This document shows positions 30,908 to 39,823 of a stretch of 64,000 nt of DNA, piece after piece. The translations under genes were made by a program, and so were the position numbers. The stretch is from a bacterium (GTDB lineage: Bacteria > UBA8248): the NCBI GenBank assembly GCA_965203325.1, contig OZ241875.1, positions 1,568,001 to 1,632,000 on the forward strand. Direction: 5' to 3'. Position 1 is the stretch's first letter. The number at the start of each line of letters is the position of its first letter. A model generated the notes under the pieces. It was given only the letters and a program-made list of their open reading frames with translations. It did not search any database and was not told the origin of the DNA.

Positions 30908-31240
30908 ATGGCCATACTCCATTGGAACGACGTCGAGGAAAGACAACTGAACAACATCATCCGGGGCAGAATCGTCAAGACGGACAACGTGATGGCGTGC
31001 CGGATCACGGCGAAGACCGGAAGCCCCATCAAGACCCACACCCACGAGTTCGACCAGATAACGCATATGATTCGGGGAAAGCTGAAGTTCCACTCGGGAG
31101 ACGAGGATTACAAAGTCGTAGAAGCAGGGGATGTCATGATCTTTCCGGCGGGCACCCCGCACGGCGGGGAAGTTCTTGAGGAAGCGGAGTACATCGACAT
31201 GTTCTCGCCGCCGAACCCGGATTTTCAGTGGGATAAATAA
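30908..31240 (+). CDS. Cupin domain protein
   Basis: HTHEFDQ...G and GDVMIFPAGTPHG cupin motifs, DMFSPP. Confidence 0.85.
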   Translation: MAILHWNDVEERQLNNIIRGRIVKTDNVMACRITAKTGSPIKTHTHEFDQITHMIRGKLKFHSGDEDYKVVEAGDVMIFPAGTPHGGEVLEEAEYIDMFSPPNPDFQWDK

Positions 31241-31294
31241 AAGGCGGGCTGGAATCGCTCTCTTTACCGGGAAGACATCAAGCGCCTGGCAAGA

Positions 31295-31330
31295 AGAGCC
31301 GGCCCTCCCCGAGTCGGGAGAGCCGGCTCT
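31295..31330. terminator. Hairpin between convergent cupin gene and phage-like tail operon
   Basis: AGAGCCGGC...GCCGGCTCT inverted repeat. Confidence 0.55.
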
Positions 31331-31537
31331 CTAGCTCTTGAACCGTCTGAGGTTCGTGCTTTTCCCCGGCTCCCGCCGGCTCATCCGCTCCAGCGCCAAG
31401 CCCGCTTCGAGCACCTCCTGGTTGAAGCGAAACTCCTCCCAGGAGCATCTGGCCAGCAGGTGCGGCGGGAGGCCATAGGTCTTCGCCTGGAAATGAATGA
31501 CCGCCAGCAGCTCCTTTCTACGCCTGCGGAAACGCAT
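31331..31537 (-). CDS. Tail assembly chaperone downstream ORF (gpT-like, probably expressed by frameshift)
   Basis: Short ORF overlapping the 3' end of the chaperone in the +1/-2 frame, ...GLPPHLLARCSWEEFRFN...; typical G/GT arrangement. Confidence 0.55.
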   Translation of the reverse strand: MRFRRRRKELLAVIHFQAKTYGLPPHLLARCSWEEFRFNQEVLEAGLALERMSRREPGKSTNLRRFKS

Positions 31538-31910
31538 CGCCTCCCGGCGCGCCCTCCCCGGAAACAGGAGCCGCCGCTTCGTTCTGCATGGCCGTGACGG
31601 CGGTGAAAATGGCGTCGGCATCCGCCGGGGCGAGTTCATGGATGCTCAGTTCATCCGGCAGGCATCGGCCCGGTTCTTTCTCCGTCATCGAGCCGCGCTC
31701 GGGTACGAAGCAGCGCCTCAGGATGCAGTGCACCCATTCCCCGGTAAGCGCATATTGCTCTTCCTCGCCCGCAGCGCCGTTAGCGGCGCCCGCGAAGAGC
31801 TTCGGATACGCCGCCATGTCCAGGAGATTCGGCGCGCGCACGAAACCCTTGAGCCCCGACGGCAGGGCGATGGGCTTGCGTCCATGGTTTCTGTATTCTG
31901 ATATTTCCAC
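31518..31910 (-). CDS. Putative phage tail assembly chaperone
   Basis: 130 aa, directly after the tail tube gene, GTG start with GGGAGG RBS; assignment by synteny. Confidence 0.6.
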   Translation of the reverse strand: MEISEYRNHGRKPIALPSGLKGFVRAPNLLDMAAYPKLFAGAANGAAGEEEQYALTGEWVHCILRRCFVPERGSMTEKEPGRCLPDELSIHELAPADADAIFTAVTAMQNEAAAPVSGEGAPGGDAFPQA

Positions 31911-31974
31911 GATTCCTCCCGTTCGTTCTCGCTGAATGAGACTTGACCAAGGTGAAGAAGAAGCCGCCTTTATT

Positions 31975-32056
31975 GGCGGCTGTTGAAAAACCCCTCGCCG
32001 GGGGCTCCGCCTTTACCCCCCTGTTAAGGGGGGTAGGGGGGCTTTTTCAACCACCC
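31975..32056. repeat. Short copy of the host composite repeat inside the phage-like operon
   Basis: GGCTGTTGAAAAACCCC...TACCCCCCTGTTAAGGGGGGTAGGGGG...TTTTTCAACCACC. Confidence 0.75.
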
Positions 32057-32068
32057 TTATGGCGGAGA

Positions 32069-33208
32069 CTAGGTGAAGACGATGGCTATCTCGTCATCGC
32101 CCGCATCGCGCGCCAGGCGGAAGGGCGCATCGTAGGTCAACAGGCCGTCACGATCCGCGAAGCCCATATCCGCGTACTGGCATTTGGGCGCGGTGATGGT
32201 GCAGATGTTCCCGGCCCTGTGGCCGACCTGCACTTTCAGGGGGAGCCTCGCGCCATCTTCCCAATCCTGGAACACGTCATCGGTGGCCTTGAGCACGGCC
32301 TCGGGATCGAAAGAACCCGAGGGCGCCCGCCCCGTCACCATGGCGTTCACGTGTCCGCCCGATGCGTTGGCGCTTTGACGCAGGACCACCTCGTTGTTCA
32401 TGGCGAAGCGGATGTTCGCCACGTCGAAATGGAAGCCTCCGAACGAAAAACCGCTCATGAGGACGGGTTCGGGCGTCTGCGCATCGTAGGACGCGCCCTC
32501 AGGGAGGGCTGCGTCGCTCACCTCGAAATCGGCCGCCTCGAACTCCCAATCCACCGTGGGAACGCCGTCCAGGGGACAATTGATCGAAAAACTCCCCATG
32601 CAGCCCAGATACATGACCCGCAAACCGTCGATGAACGCCGTCAGGCAGATTCTCGTATAGCCCGATTTATCGGATACGGGCGCATAGGCGACGGAAGCGT
32701 CCTCGACAATGGTTTCCTTCATCGCGCAGGCCTTGAACAGCAATCCATAATCCGGCGCAACGCCCGCTGCGCCTGAGCCGCGCAACTCTGTGGTGAAGGA
32801 GATCTGCGCGGAGCGTTTCCCGGGAATCGAGGGGAAGGGCGAGAGGCTCGCATCCTTCACCGCGCGCTCCAGCTGCTCCACGCTGACCTCGTGGGAGAAA
32901 TTGCCCGCCCGGAACAGTTCCGAGGCCGCCGCCGGACGATCCAGCAGATAGGCCGTTCCTGCAGCGGGGGCGGCGTCCCAGTCGTCGTCCACCGTGAGCG
33001 CCTCCGAGGCCGCGTCGAAACCGCTCACCTTTCTCCTTTGGCCGACGCCCATTCCGCGAATCGTGCGCAGCACCGAGCCGTTCCAGAAATCATCATCCTC
33101 TGAGAGCGCGGCGTCCACCAAGGTGGAGGCGTTGGCGGAATCCGCCACCAGTTCCTTCTCTTCCGTCGCGCCGATTGTCTGCCGATCCATCAAAATCGTA
33201 TCGCCCAT
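32069..33208 (-). CDS. Putative phage major tail (tube) protein
   Basis: ISFTTELRGSG..G.APDYG.L.KAC, GHRAGNICTITAPKCQY, DRDGL...GDDEI motifs typical of siphovirus-like tail tubes; synteny. Confidence 0.7.
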   Translation of the reverse strand: MGDTILMDRQTIGATEEKELVADSANASTLVDAALSEDDDFWNGSVLRTIRGMGVGQRRKVSGFDAASEALTVDDDWDAAPAAGTAYLLDRPAAASELFRAGNFSHEVSVEQLERAVKDASLSPFPSIPGKRSAQISFTTELRGSGAAGVAPDYGLLFKACAMKETIVEDASVAYAPVSDKSGYTRICLTAFIDGLRVMYLGCMGSFSINCPLDGVPTVDWEFEAADFEVSDAALPEGASYDAQTPEPVLMSGFSFGGFHFDVANIRFAMNNEVVLRQSANASGGHVNAMVTGRAPSGSFDPEAVLKATDDVFQDWEDGARLPLKVQVGHRAGNICTITAPKCQYADMGFADRDGLLTYDAPFRLARDAGDDEIAIVFT

Positions 33209-33281
33209 CCCCTGTTCTCCTCCGTCTGTTTTTAGGGGCGAAGGGGCATCCCTCGCCGGATATTGTTCCCTGATTCTCGAA

Positions 33282-33815
33282 TCAATCCCGCCGAATCCGC
33301 TCTATCGCCCGGAGCCTGATCTCGGCGTAATGGCAAAGCACGTTCCCGAATGTTCTCAGTTCAATGAGGTCCACCTGCGGAGGCTGAAGGCGCTCCAGGG
33401 AGCGGACGCGCGGGGCGCCTGATTCATCGAGGAGGCGGAGCGTCCCCTCGTCCCGGAAGCGGTCGCAAATCTCCTCGATCAGATCCTGAAAGGCCGCCTC
33501 GCTGCCCGCCGCGTCCTCGGCGCTCATGATGCCGAACAGCAAGAACGTGTGGGTTCGTCTGCTGAAGCCTGAGGGCGTGAAGCCGCCGGACGCATTCGAG
33601 CCGAGCGATGCGGCCTCCTCCCCTGCTCTCTCGCGCGTCAGCACCCAGCCCCTGATTTGGGCGAGGCCGCCGCCCGCCTCCCACCGGAACAAGTCCAGGT
33701 ATTTTCCCAGGTCGGCCGACCAGCGCTGATAGGCGTGCACCCGCCCCGCCTCCGGCAGGCTCGATATTTCCGCCAAAATGGCGTCGCCGATTTCCCTGTA
33801 TCGTGATTTAGCCAC
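33282..33815 (-). CDS. Putative tail terminator/neck protein
   Basis: GRVHAYQRW, IRGW, SEAAFQDLIEEI, FGNVLCHYAEIRL; position between gp10-like gene and tail tube; GTG start. Confidence 0.55.
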   Translation of the reverse strand: MAKSRYREIGDAILAEISSLPEAGRVHAYQRWSADLGKYLDLFRWEAGGGLAQIRGWVLTRERAGEEAASLGSNASGGFTPSGFSRRTHTFLLFGIMSAEDAAGSEAAFQDLIEEICDRFRDEGTLRLLDESGAPRVRSLERLQPPQVDLIELRTFGNVLCHYAEIRLRAIERIRRD

Positions 33816-34311
33816 CGACTCTCCTCGCAATCTCATCAAGCAGTTCACGAATGCGCTCATCGATTCGGCCCTGGTTATCCTCGAAGGCGCGCGCGAACAT
33901 GCGGCGCGCCGGTATCCCGTGCCGTGCGATTGATCTGGCAACGAGGAAGGACACCCTCTCGATAGACCCATCGGGCGGCCCCAGTTTGTAGGCAACCCAC
34001 CGGTACAGGGACGTACCCTCCCTCCAGGGCGGTATTCCGCCACCCGCCCGGCGTCCGAATTCCACGTACCCGGCGTAAGGGACGCGCGAGGCGACCACGC
34101 CGCGCAACACGCTTGGGTTCTCTCCCTTGATTTCGGTGAAAATGCTGCCCCTGAGGTTCCCGCTCGCGCCGACGGGCGTTCGCGCCATCACCTCGCGCCT
34201 GAGTATTCCGGTGATTTCGGCCACCGCCTCGTGCGCGAGGAGTAAAACCCCCTCCCAAGCGATCTGTGGCACCTCCGGCAAGGCATCAAGCGTTACACTT
34301 CGACGAAACAT
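33808..34311 (-). CDS. HK97 gp10-like phage morphogenesis protein
   Basis: TPVGASGNLRGSI, YAGYVEFGR, VARSIARHG, MFARAF. Confidence 0.75.
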   Translation of the reverse strand: MFRRSVTLDALPEVPQIAWEGVLLLAHEAVAEITGILRREVMARTPVGASGNLRGSIFTEIKGENPSVLRGVVASRVPYAGYVEFGRRAGGGIPPWREGTSLYRWVAYKLGPPDGSIERVSFLVARSIARHGIPARRMFARAFEDNQGRIDERIRELLDEIARRVGG

Positions 34312-34328
34312 TCGCCTCTCCTCTTTGC

Positions 34329-35039
34329 CTAGCGGTCCTTGGATGTGCCGTGCGTGAAGTACTCGCCGCGCGCCAGGGAGAGGAGCGCGTCCCAATCGAG
34401 AGACGCGCCCGCCGGACCCGCCACTTCGCCTTCCTTGCGGCCGAGATGGTTCTGGTATTTGCGCTCGAGTTCCCGGCCCAGGCGCGTGTACTCTCCAGAC
34501 TTGCTCTGGTAGTCCACCGAATCCGCCGCGAGGGTCGGGTTCGAGGACTGGGCGAAGCGGCGGGCCAGAAGGTGACAGCCCTCCGCGGCGGCCAGCCAGG
34601 CCACGGCGGTCAGATCGTTTTCGGGAACGCTCGTGCGCGCATCATCGGCCGTGTGCTTGATCGTGTAGAACAGGCGTAGCGTGTGGCCCATTTGAGGGAC
34701 GAAGTACATGAGCCTGAACCTCGCCGCCGGGGTTCCTTTCGCATAGATGATCCAGGCGCTCCTCCGCAGGTAGGAGGGCTTTCTCTCCCCCTGGGGATAT
34801 TCCACCTCCCGGATGAAGGAGAGGGAATCGTCCCAGTCCTCGGGCAGGGGGAAATCGAACGTCTCGCTATCGCCCGCATAATCGGCGAACGAGACGAGCG
34901 GCCTGTCCTTGCTGTAGCGCGTGAGGGCCGCGTTCACCAGATCGGCGTAGTCCGCCTCCTCGACCCCGAACTCACGGGGCAGCCCGCCCGCCTTCAACAG
35001 CACCTTCACCTCCTTGATGATCGTCTGCCTGCCGGCCAT
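34329..35039 (-). CDS. Putative head-tail connector/adaptor protein
   Basis: 236-aa ORF after the capsid; ALTRYSKDRP, VEYP, ADSVDY motifs; assignment by synteny. Confidence 0.55.
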   Translation of the reverse strand: MAGRQTIIKEVKVLLKAGGLPREFGVEEADYADLVNAALTRYSKDRPLVSFADYAGDSETFDFPLPEDWDDSLSFIREVEYPQGERKPSYLRRSAWIIYAKGTPAARFRLMYFVPQMGHTLRLFYTIKHTADDARTSVPENDLTAVAWLAAAEGCHLLARRFAQSSNPTLAADSVDYQSKSGEYTRLGRELERKYQNHLGRKEGEVAGPAGASLDWDALLSLARGEYFTHGTSKDR

Positions 35040-35082
35040 TTCTCCATTTCTCCTTTGCCTCGCTCACCCGATGCGGGTGGTC

Positions 35083-35424
35083 TCAAGTCTTGAGCGTGAG
35101 CTTGGCCTCGAACGTGAACGAAGCCCCCTCCCCGCCGACGGACCATGCGAGCCTCAGCCAAGGGCCGATGTTCGCGAGCTTGACGAGGGTTTTTCCAACC
35201 GAGGTGATTTCCGCGGATTCGGTATGGACGAAAGCCGCTTCATCGCCCGCCGGACCGGTCTGCACTTCGAAATCAAGCACCGGCGCGACGCCCGATACCG
35301 ACGTCACGTCGATGAACAAGAGCGCCTCGGTGAAGCGGCTCACCTCGAACGCCGTACTGCCTCCCGCGGCGACGCGGGCCGCGGGAGGAGCGAGAACGAT
35401 GGTGTGGGTTCGCCTGTCGGACAT
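35083..35424 (-). CDS. Small beta-rich virion protein (possible head decoration)
   Basis: 113 aa directly after the capsid gene, RBS AGAGGAG; function inferred from position. Confidence 0.5.
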   Translation of the reverse strand: MSDRRTHTIVLAPPAARVAAGGSTAFEVSRFTEALLFIDVTSVSGVAPVLDFEVQTGPAGDEAAFVHTESAEITSVGKTLVKLANIGPWLRLAWSVGGEGASFTFEAKLTLKT

Positions 35425-35456
35425 GGCTTCTCCTCTGAAGGGCAAACGCCGCGCGA

Positions 35457-37535
35457 CTACTCGGGCGCGCCGCGATAGAAGCCGCGGAAGTCCAACACGG
35501 CGCCGCCGTAGACGTGTCTGATCTTGTAGCGAATCTTGTCCGCGCTGAACCCGCTGCCGGCGGCGGGGTTGTCCTCGATGAACAGCTCGGGCTCGCGCAT
35601 GTCGTCCATGAAGCCGATCTCGATGGTGTCCATGAGGCCGGGGTCGGCGACCATGTACCAGTCGTTCGCGTCGGCGAGTTCGGGCACCCACAAGGGCTCC
35701 ACGCCCAGGCGGTTAATGACGCTCGGCTGCGTGGAATTTCCGCCCTCGACGACCTTGACGGGCGACTGGGTGACCTCGAACGCCTCTTCGAGCAACGCCG
35801 TGGGGTGGGCGAGGTATTTGGGCCGCGCCTGCGCCGCCACCTCGACGCCCTCTTCCCCGTAAAACGTCTGCTCGCCCATCGCCTTGATGGCGGCGACGGC
35901 GTTCTCGTACGTGAGCGCGTTCGTGGAGGTGTTCTTGTGGTTCGCGTGGAACAGCCCCTCCCCGTCGTAGATGTCCGCGTTGGACGCCAGGAAATCGAAC
36001 ACGAAGCCGTTCAGGGTGCGCTGGGCCGCGCGGGCGAGGCGCTGGGGGATCATGCGGATCGCGCCCATGTCGTCGTTCTGGATCATCTCCCAGGTGAGGT
36101 CTTCCACGCCGCCGCGCTTGGCAACGGCGTACGTCACCTCCTCATCCGTCGGGGAGGTAAGCGCCGGATAGGCGGCCTGCTCGGCGACCGTCTGCAGATC
36201 GCCGTAACCGCCGACGCGCACCCGGCGGTTCGTGCGGAAATCCTTGACGGGCGCTATGGAGGAGACGATCTTCTTCCACTGGTGGAACCGCTCGTCCCTG
36301 AAATCGCGCAGCATGGCGCGGCGGATCGAATCCCCGAACGCCTCGCCCCACGTGCTCGTCTGCAAGGAGGCGGAGAGGCGGCGCACGCCGTTCCAGTCCT
36401 CGGCGGCGCGGTGGTAGTGGAACGTCTCGGCGAAGAACTGGCGCGGGGTGAGGCGATGACCCGTGAAATCCTGAAACGCCTCGCTCATGAAGCGGTAGGG
36501 CCGCTCGCCGTCGAGGGCCTCCTCGCGCGAACTCCAAAGCCCGTCGAGAGCCGCCCGCTTGCGGTCCGCCTCGTCGCGCATCACCTCGGCACTCGCGCCG
36601 AAACCACGAAGCGCGCCGCTCGCCGTGAGTTTTTCCAGCGTGGCCGCCTCGACCCGGATCGCCTCTTCGATTTCCTCTTCCGTAAAGCTTCCCTCGGCGA
36701 ACCGGTCGCGCATCTTCTCCTGAACGGCTTCGGGAAGTGCCGAGGCCGTGAGTTTCCGGGCGAGCATTCCGTGGGCAGCAGCCCCGGCTTCGGTTCCATC
36801 TTCCATGGCCTTTTCTCCTTTCTTCCTCAGGTCCAGTTCGAGGCCCGCGTCTTCACAGGCCGCGAAGAACTCTTGCGGCGTCCAGGCATCGCCGAGCTTC
36901 TTGCCCGATTCGGGCGCCACGCTTTTGAGTTTCTTTCCGAGTTTCTCGAACATCTTCACCTCCGATTGAGTGGAATGATTGGCGGCGAGACCCAGAATCC
37001 CGCCCCCGAGCTTGCCTTTGTGAACGACATCGACGGAGTGGACCGCCAGAATCTTTTCGAAATGCAAAACGAACGCGTCAGCTTCCTCGCGGAACTCCGC
37101 CTGCGCGAGCACGTCGAAGGAAAAGCCAAAAGGCTCCTCGAGGCCCCGGGCCAGCGCATCGTGCGCCAGCGCCTGGAACCAGGCCGCGGAGCGCGATACC
37201 GCAAACGTGCTCAAAAGCCCCTCCTCGCCCATGCGGACTTCGCGGTGCCAGCCGACCAGGTTCTTGATGTCGGGGCCGCTCGACCCGGTATGGTTCGCAA
37301 AGGCCTGCGCGCCCTCGAACAGGGGAGCGGCCTCGCGCAGAACGTCGCGGGGCAGGAACCACTCCCCGTCCCTCGAGTAGCCGGCCCGCGCGATCAGAAC
37401 GTCGAAATCCCAGGCTTCGCCCGGCGGCTGCGCTTCTTTCGCAGCCGCGCGAATGAGGTGGCCATGCAGCCTTAAAGTATGAGAATCCTTCTGCGCCTCC
37501 GCGCGCGCCCAAATGCGGTTCATCCATTTTTTCAA
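35457..37535 (-). CDS. Prohead protease-scaffold-major capsid fusion (Mu gpT-like capsid domain)
   Basis: N-terminal FANH...LVGW...FGFSFDV protease-like domain; C-terminal DFRTNRR..GGYGDL, KRGG...TWEMIQNDDMGAI, WYMVADP, IEIGF, YKIRHVYG; TTG start with AAGGAG. Confidence 0.82.
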   Translation of the reverse strand: MKKWMNRIWARAEAQKDSHTLRLHGHLIRAAAKEAQPPGEAWDFDVLIARAGYSRDGEWFLPRDVLREAAPLFEGAQAFANHTGSSGPDIKNLVGWHREVRMGEEGLLSTFAVSRSAAWFQALAHDALARGLEEPFGFSFDVLAQAEFREEADAFVLHFEKILAVHSVDVVHKGKLGGGILGLAANHSTQSEVKMFEKLGKKLKSVAPESGKKLGDAWTPQEFFAACEDAGLELDLRKKGEKAMEDGTEAGAAAHGMLARKLTASALPEAVQEKMRDRFAEGSFTEEEIEEAIRVEAATLEKLTASGALRGFGASAEVMRDEADRKRAALDGLWSSREEALDGERPYRFMSEAFQDFTGHRLTPRQFFAETFHYHRAAEDWNGVRRLSASLQTSTWGEAFGDSIRRAMLRDFRDERFHQWKKIVSSIAPVKDFRTNRRVRVGGYGDLQTVAEQAAYPALTSPTDEEVTYAVAKRGGVEDLTWEMIQNDDMGAIRMIPQRLARAAQRTLNGFVFDFLASNADIYDGEGLFHANHKNTSTNALTYENAVAAIKAMGEQTFYGEEGVEVAAQARPKYLAHPTALLEEAFEVTQSPVKVVEGGNSTQPSVINRLGVEPLWVPELADANDWYMVADPGLMDTIEIGFMDDMREPELFIEDNPAAGSGFSADKIRYKIRHVYGGAVLDFRGFYRGAPE

Positions 37536-37631
37536 GAGAAACTCCTTTCTCGCTGTTCTTCCAGAAATTCGATTTCCGGCGAGGGGCCGGAGACCGCCGC
37601 CCGGTGAAACAGGGGCGGGCGCAACGGCGAC

Positions 37632-37684
37632 AATCTAGGACAAGGAGTCTCGAAGGCGGGCCGCGCAAATGCGGGGAAATGCGC
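37632..37684 (-). promoter_or_regulatory. Shared activator-type promoter of the head/tail operon (23-bp motif + N24 + TAGATT)
   Basis: 23-bp motif 37662-37684 identical to 50771-50793; -10-like TAGATT at 37637-37632. Confidence 0.72.
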
Positions 37685-37893
37685 ATTTGGCGTCTTTTTA
37701 TGCGGAATTTTGAATTTGCTAATTGAAAAATTTAAGAAAATGCGGTAAATTACGGAAAATTCTGGAGTTGCGGACGATGCGGGTGGTCCCGGCGTCTAAA
37801 AATTCTGGATACTTCGCCCGCCACCCAGTAAATGCCTGAATTCGCCGCGCCAAAAAGACCGCCCCTTGCACAACACGGACGAGGTTTGATCTC

Positions 37894-39189
37894 ATGTGGG
37901 GCGTTGCTCAACCGGCCTTGAATTTCATCCAGAACCTCTCCTGGAACCATATGCTCGACATCGGGATCATGTGGTTCCTCCTCTACCAGGTCTACATTCG
38001 CTTCAAGGGCACCCAGGCGATGCGCCTTCTCGTGCGCGTGTTCGCGGTGTGGCTCATCTATCTCGCCTCCCAGGCGGCGGGTCTGCACCTGACCTCGTTC
38101 CTGCTCTGGGCCATCTGGATCGCCGTGCTCATCCTGTTTCTCATCAATTTCCACGGAGAGATCCAGAAGATATTCTTTCAACTCAACCCGGTGCGCAGAA
38201 TCTCCATCCTGCTGCGCCGAGCGATGCGCATCCGCCTGCCGGACGAGAGCGTCGCCACCATCGCCGAATCCGCTTTTTCGCTCGCGGCCAAGCACATGGG
38301 CGCCATCATCGTCATGGAGCACCGGGATTTGACCGACTCCCTGCTGAGGAGCCCGGGCGAGGAGATCGAGGCGGACATCCAGCCGGCGCTTCTCGATTCC
38401 ATCTTCTTCAAGGGAGCGCCCTACCACGACGGCGCCGCCGTCGTTCGCGAGAACAAGGTCTCGCGCGTGGGATGCGTTTTGCCCCTTTCGGAGAACCGCG
38501 CCCTGCCGCCCGAGTTCGGAACGCGCCACAGGGCGGCGGTCGGCATCACGGAGCGATGCGACGCCCTGGCGATCGTCATCTCGGAAGAACGCGGAGAGGT
38601 CACCTGCGTGGAAGGCGGCAACGCAAAGGCGGTCCAAGACGAAGATGAACTCGCCTCGTGGCTCACTACGCGGCTGCGCGCGGCCCGCGAGGCGGGGCAG
38701 ACGAAAGGGCGCATCTCGTTCCGCCACGTTTTCGTGAACTGGCGGCCCAAGCTCGCCGCGCTGGCCGCCGTGATATTCCTCTGGTCGCTCGGGGGACAGG
38801 AGAACCAGAATCCGCAGAATTTCTTCCCGCAGCTCGAAAGCAAGGTGGAGGAGGAATTCCGGGTCCCGGTCCATTACTACAACGTTCCGAGCGGCGTCAC
38901 CCTTCCCGAAAATGCGGCGAAAGAAGTCAAAATCCGTATCAGGGGCAGGCGCGATCTCCTGAATTTCATCGACGCCACCCGTCTGCGCGTGAACGTGAAC
39001 CTCGCCAAAATGACGCCCGGCGCGCATTCGCGCACGCTGTCGGGCCGCGACATCGACCTGCCGAACGGCCTTGAGTTCCTGAGCGCGGAGCCCAAGGTCC
39101 TGGATTTGAATCTCGCCAAGGCGCCGTCGCCGGAGAAAATGACGAAATCGAGCGCCTCCACCGAAACGCCGGGGTCCTCGAACTTTTAA
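37894..39189 (+). CDS. cdaA: Diadenylate cyclase CdaA fused to a C-terminal YbbR (CdaR-like) domain
   Basis: 3 N-terminal TM helices, HDGA and GTRHRAA DAC motifs, SEERG; then NWRPKL..TM and a YbbR-like VPV..YNVP..VKIRIRG domain. Confidence 0.85.
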   Translation: MWGVAQPALNFIQNLSWNHMLDIGIMWFLLYQVYIRFKGTQAMRLLVRVFAVWLIYLASQAAGLHLTSFLLWAIWIAVLILFLINFHGEIQKIFFQLNPVRRISILLRRAMRIRLPDESVATIAESAFSLAAKHMGAIIVMEHRDLTDSLLRSPGEEIEADIQPALLDSIFFKGAPYHDGAAVVRENKVSRVGCVLPLSENRALPPEFGTRHRAAVGITERCDALAIVISEERGEVTCVEGGNAKAVQDEDELASWLTTRLRAAREAGQTKGRISFRHVFVNWRPKLAALAAVIFLWSLGGQENQNPQNFFPQLESKVEEEFRVPVHYYNVPSGVTLPENAAKEVKIRIRGRRDLLNFIDATRLRVNVNLAKMTPGAHSRTLSGRDIDLPNGLEFLSAEPKVLDLNLAKAPSPEKMTKSSASTETPGSSNF

Positions 39190-39259
39190 GGCCTCTCTTT
39201 TCAGTTGCTTGCGTTTTCGGCCACGCGAAAATTTGCTTTTTCAGAACAAAATACCGATA

Positions 39260-39625
39260 TTGAAGGAACTGGACTATCACCGCCGAGTCGTCCCAGGCGC
39301 CTTGACGATCGATGCGGACGAGCCATCTCAGGTGGTCCTCGGCGTCAGCCGAGTGAGGCGGTGAGGAGCCGACACAGGAAGCGGCTCCGGTCCGGTTTGC
39401 GGAGACCCTTCAACAGAAGGAGGATGCGATGATATCCACGATAAATCGCTTCAGCCGTGCGGAAACGCCATCCTCCCCGGCCCCATCGCATCAGCCGGGC
39501 GGGGAGGAAGACAAAGGCTGATGCGCTAATAAAGGCGTCACAACGCCTTTGCAGGGTGAGACGAGTTCTCACCCGAGAAAAAGCAACAAAAGAGAGCGGG
39601 ATGCAACGTCCCGCTCTTCTTTTTT
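39260..39625 (+). ncRNA. Candidate structured non-coding RNA or leader (family not recognised)
   Basis: Nested stems TTGAAGG/CCTTCAA, AACTGGACT/GGTCCGGTT, TCACCGCC/GGCGGTGA, further hairpins, ends in an intrinsic terminator. Confidence 0.4.
39593..39625 (+). terminator. Rho-independent terminator (likely bidirectional)
   Basis: AGAGCGGGA-loop-TCCCGCTCT followed by a T tract, A tract upstream. Confidence 0.75.
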
Positions 39626-39628
39626 GGG

Positions 39629-39823
39629 TTAGTCCCTAGCCTCTAGTTTACGCATCTCGATTTCGAGTTGCTGGAGCCTGTTCTTGATCATGTTGAAGTC
39701 GTACTCGAATCCCTCGGCGAGCAGCGTGAGTCCCTGGTAGAGCTGGTGCTTTTCCGGTTCTTCTTCCGCGTTCACCGAATCGAGCATCTCGGCGAAAACC
39801 TCTCTGGCATGATGAAAGCTCAA
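39629..39823 (-). CDS. Small hypothetical protein with coiled-coil C-terminus (64 aa)
   Basis: TTG start after GGGAGGG; helical, protein-like sequence. Confidence 0.55.
   Translation of the reverse strand: MSFHHAREVFAEMLDSVNAEEEPEKHQLYQGLTLLAEGFEYDFNMIKNRLQQLEIEMRKLEARD

Noticed and set aside
31331..37535. Tailocin, contractile injection system or encapsulin
   Set aside because: Capsid, portal and terminase imply DNA packaging; no sheath or baseplate genes are present.
37662..37684. Sigma-54 promoter reading of the shared motif
   Set aside because: It contains TTGC but lacks the GG at the -24 position; a sigma-70-like -10 lies downstream instead.
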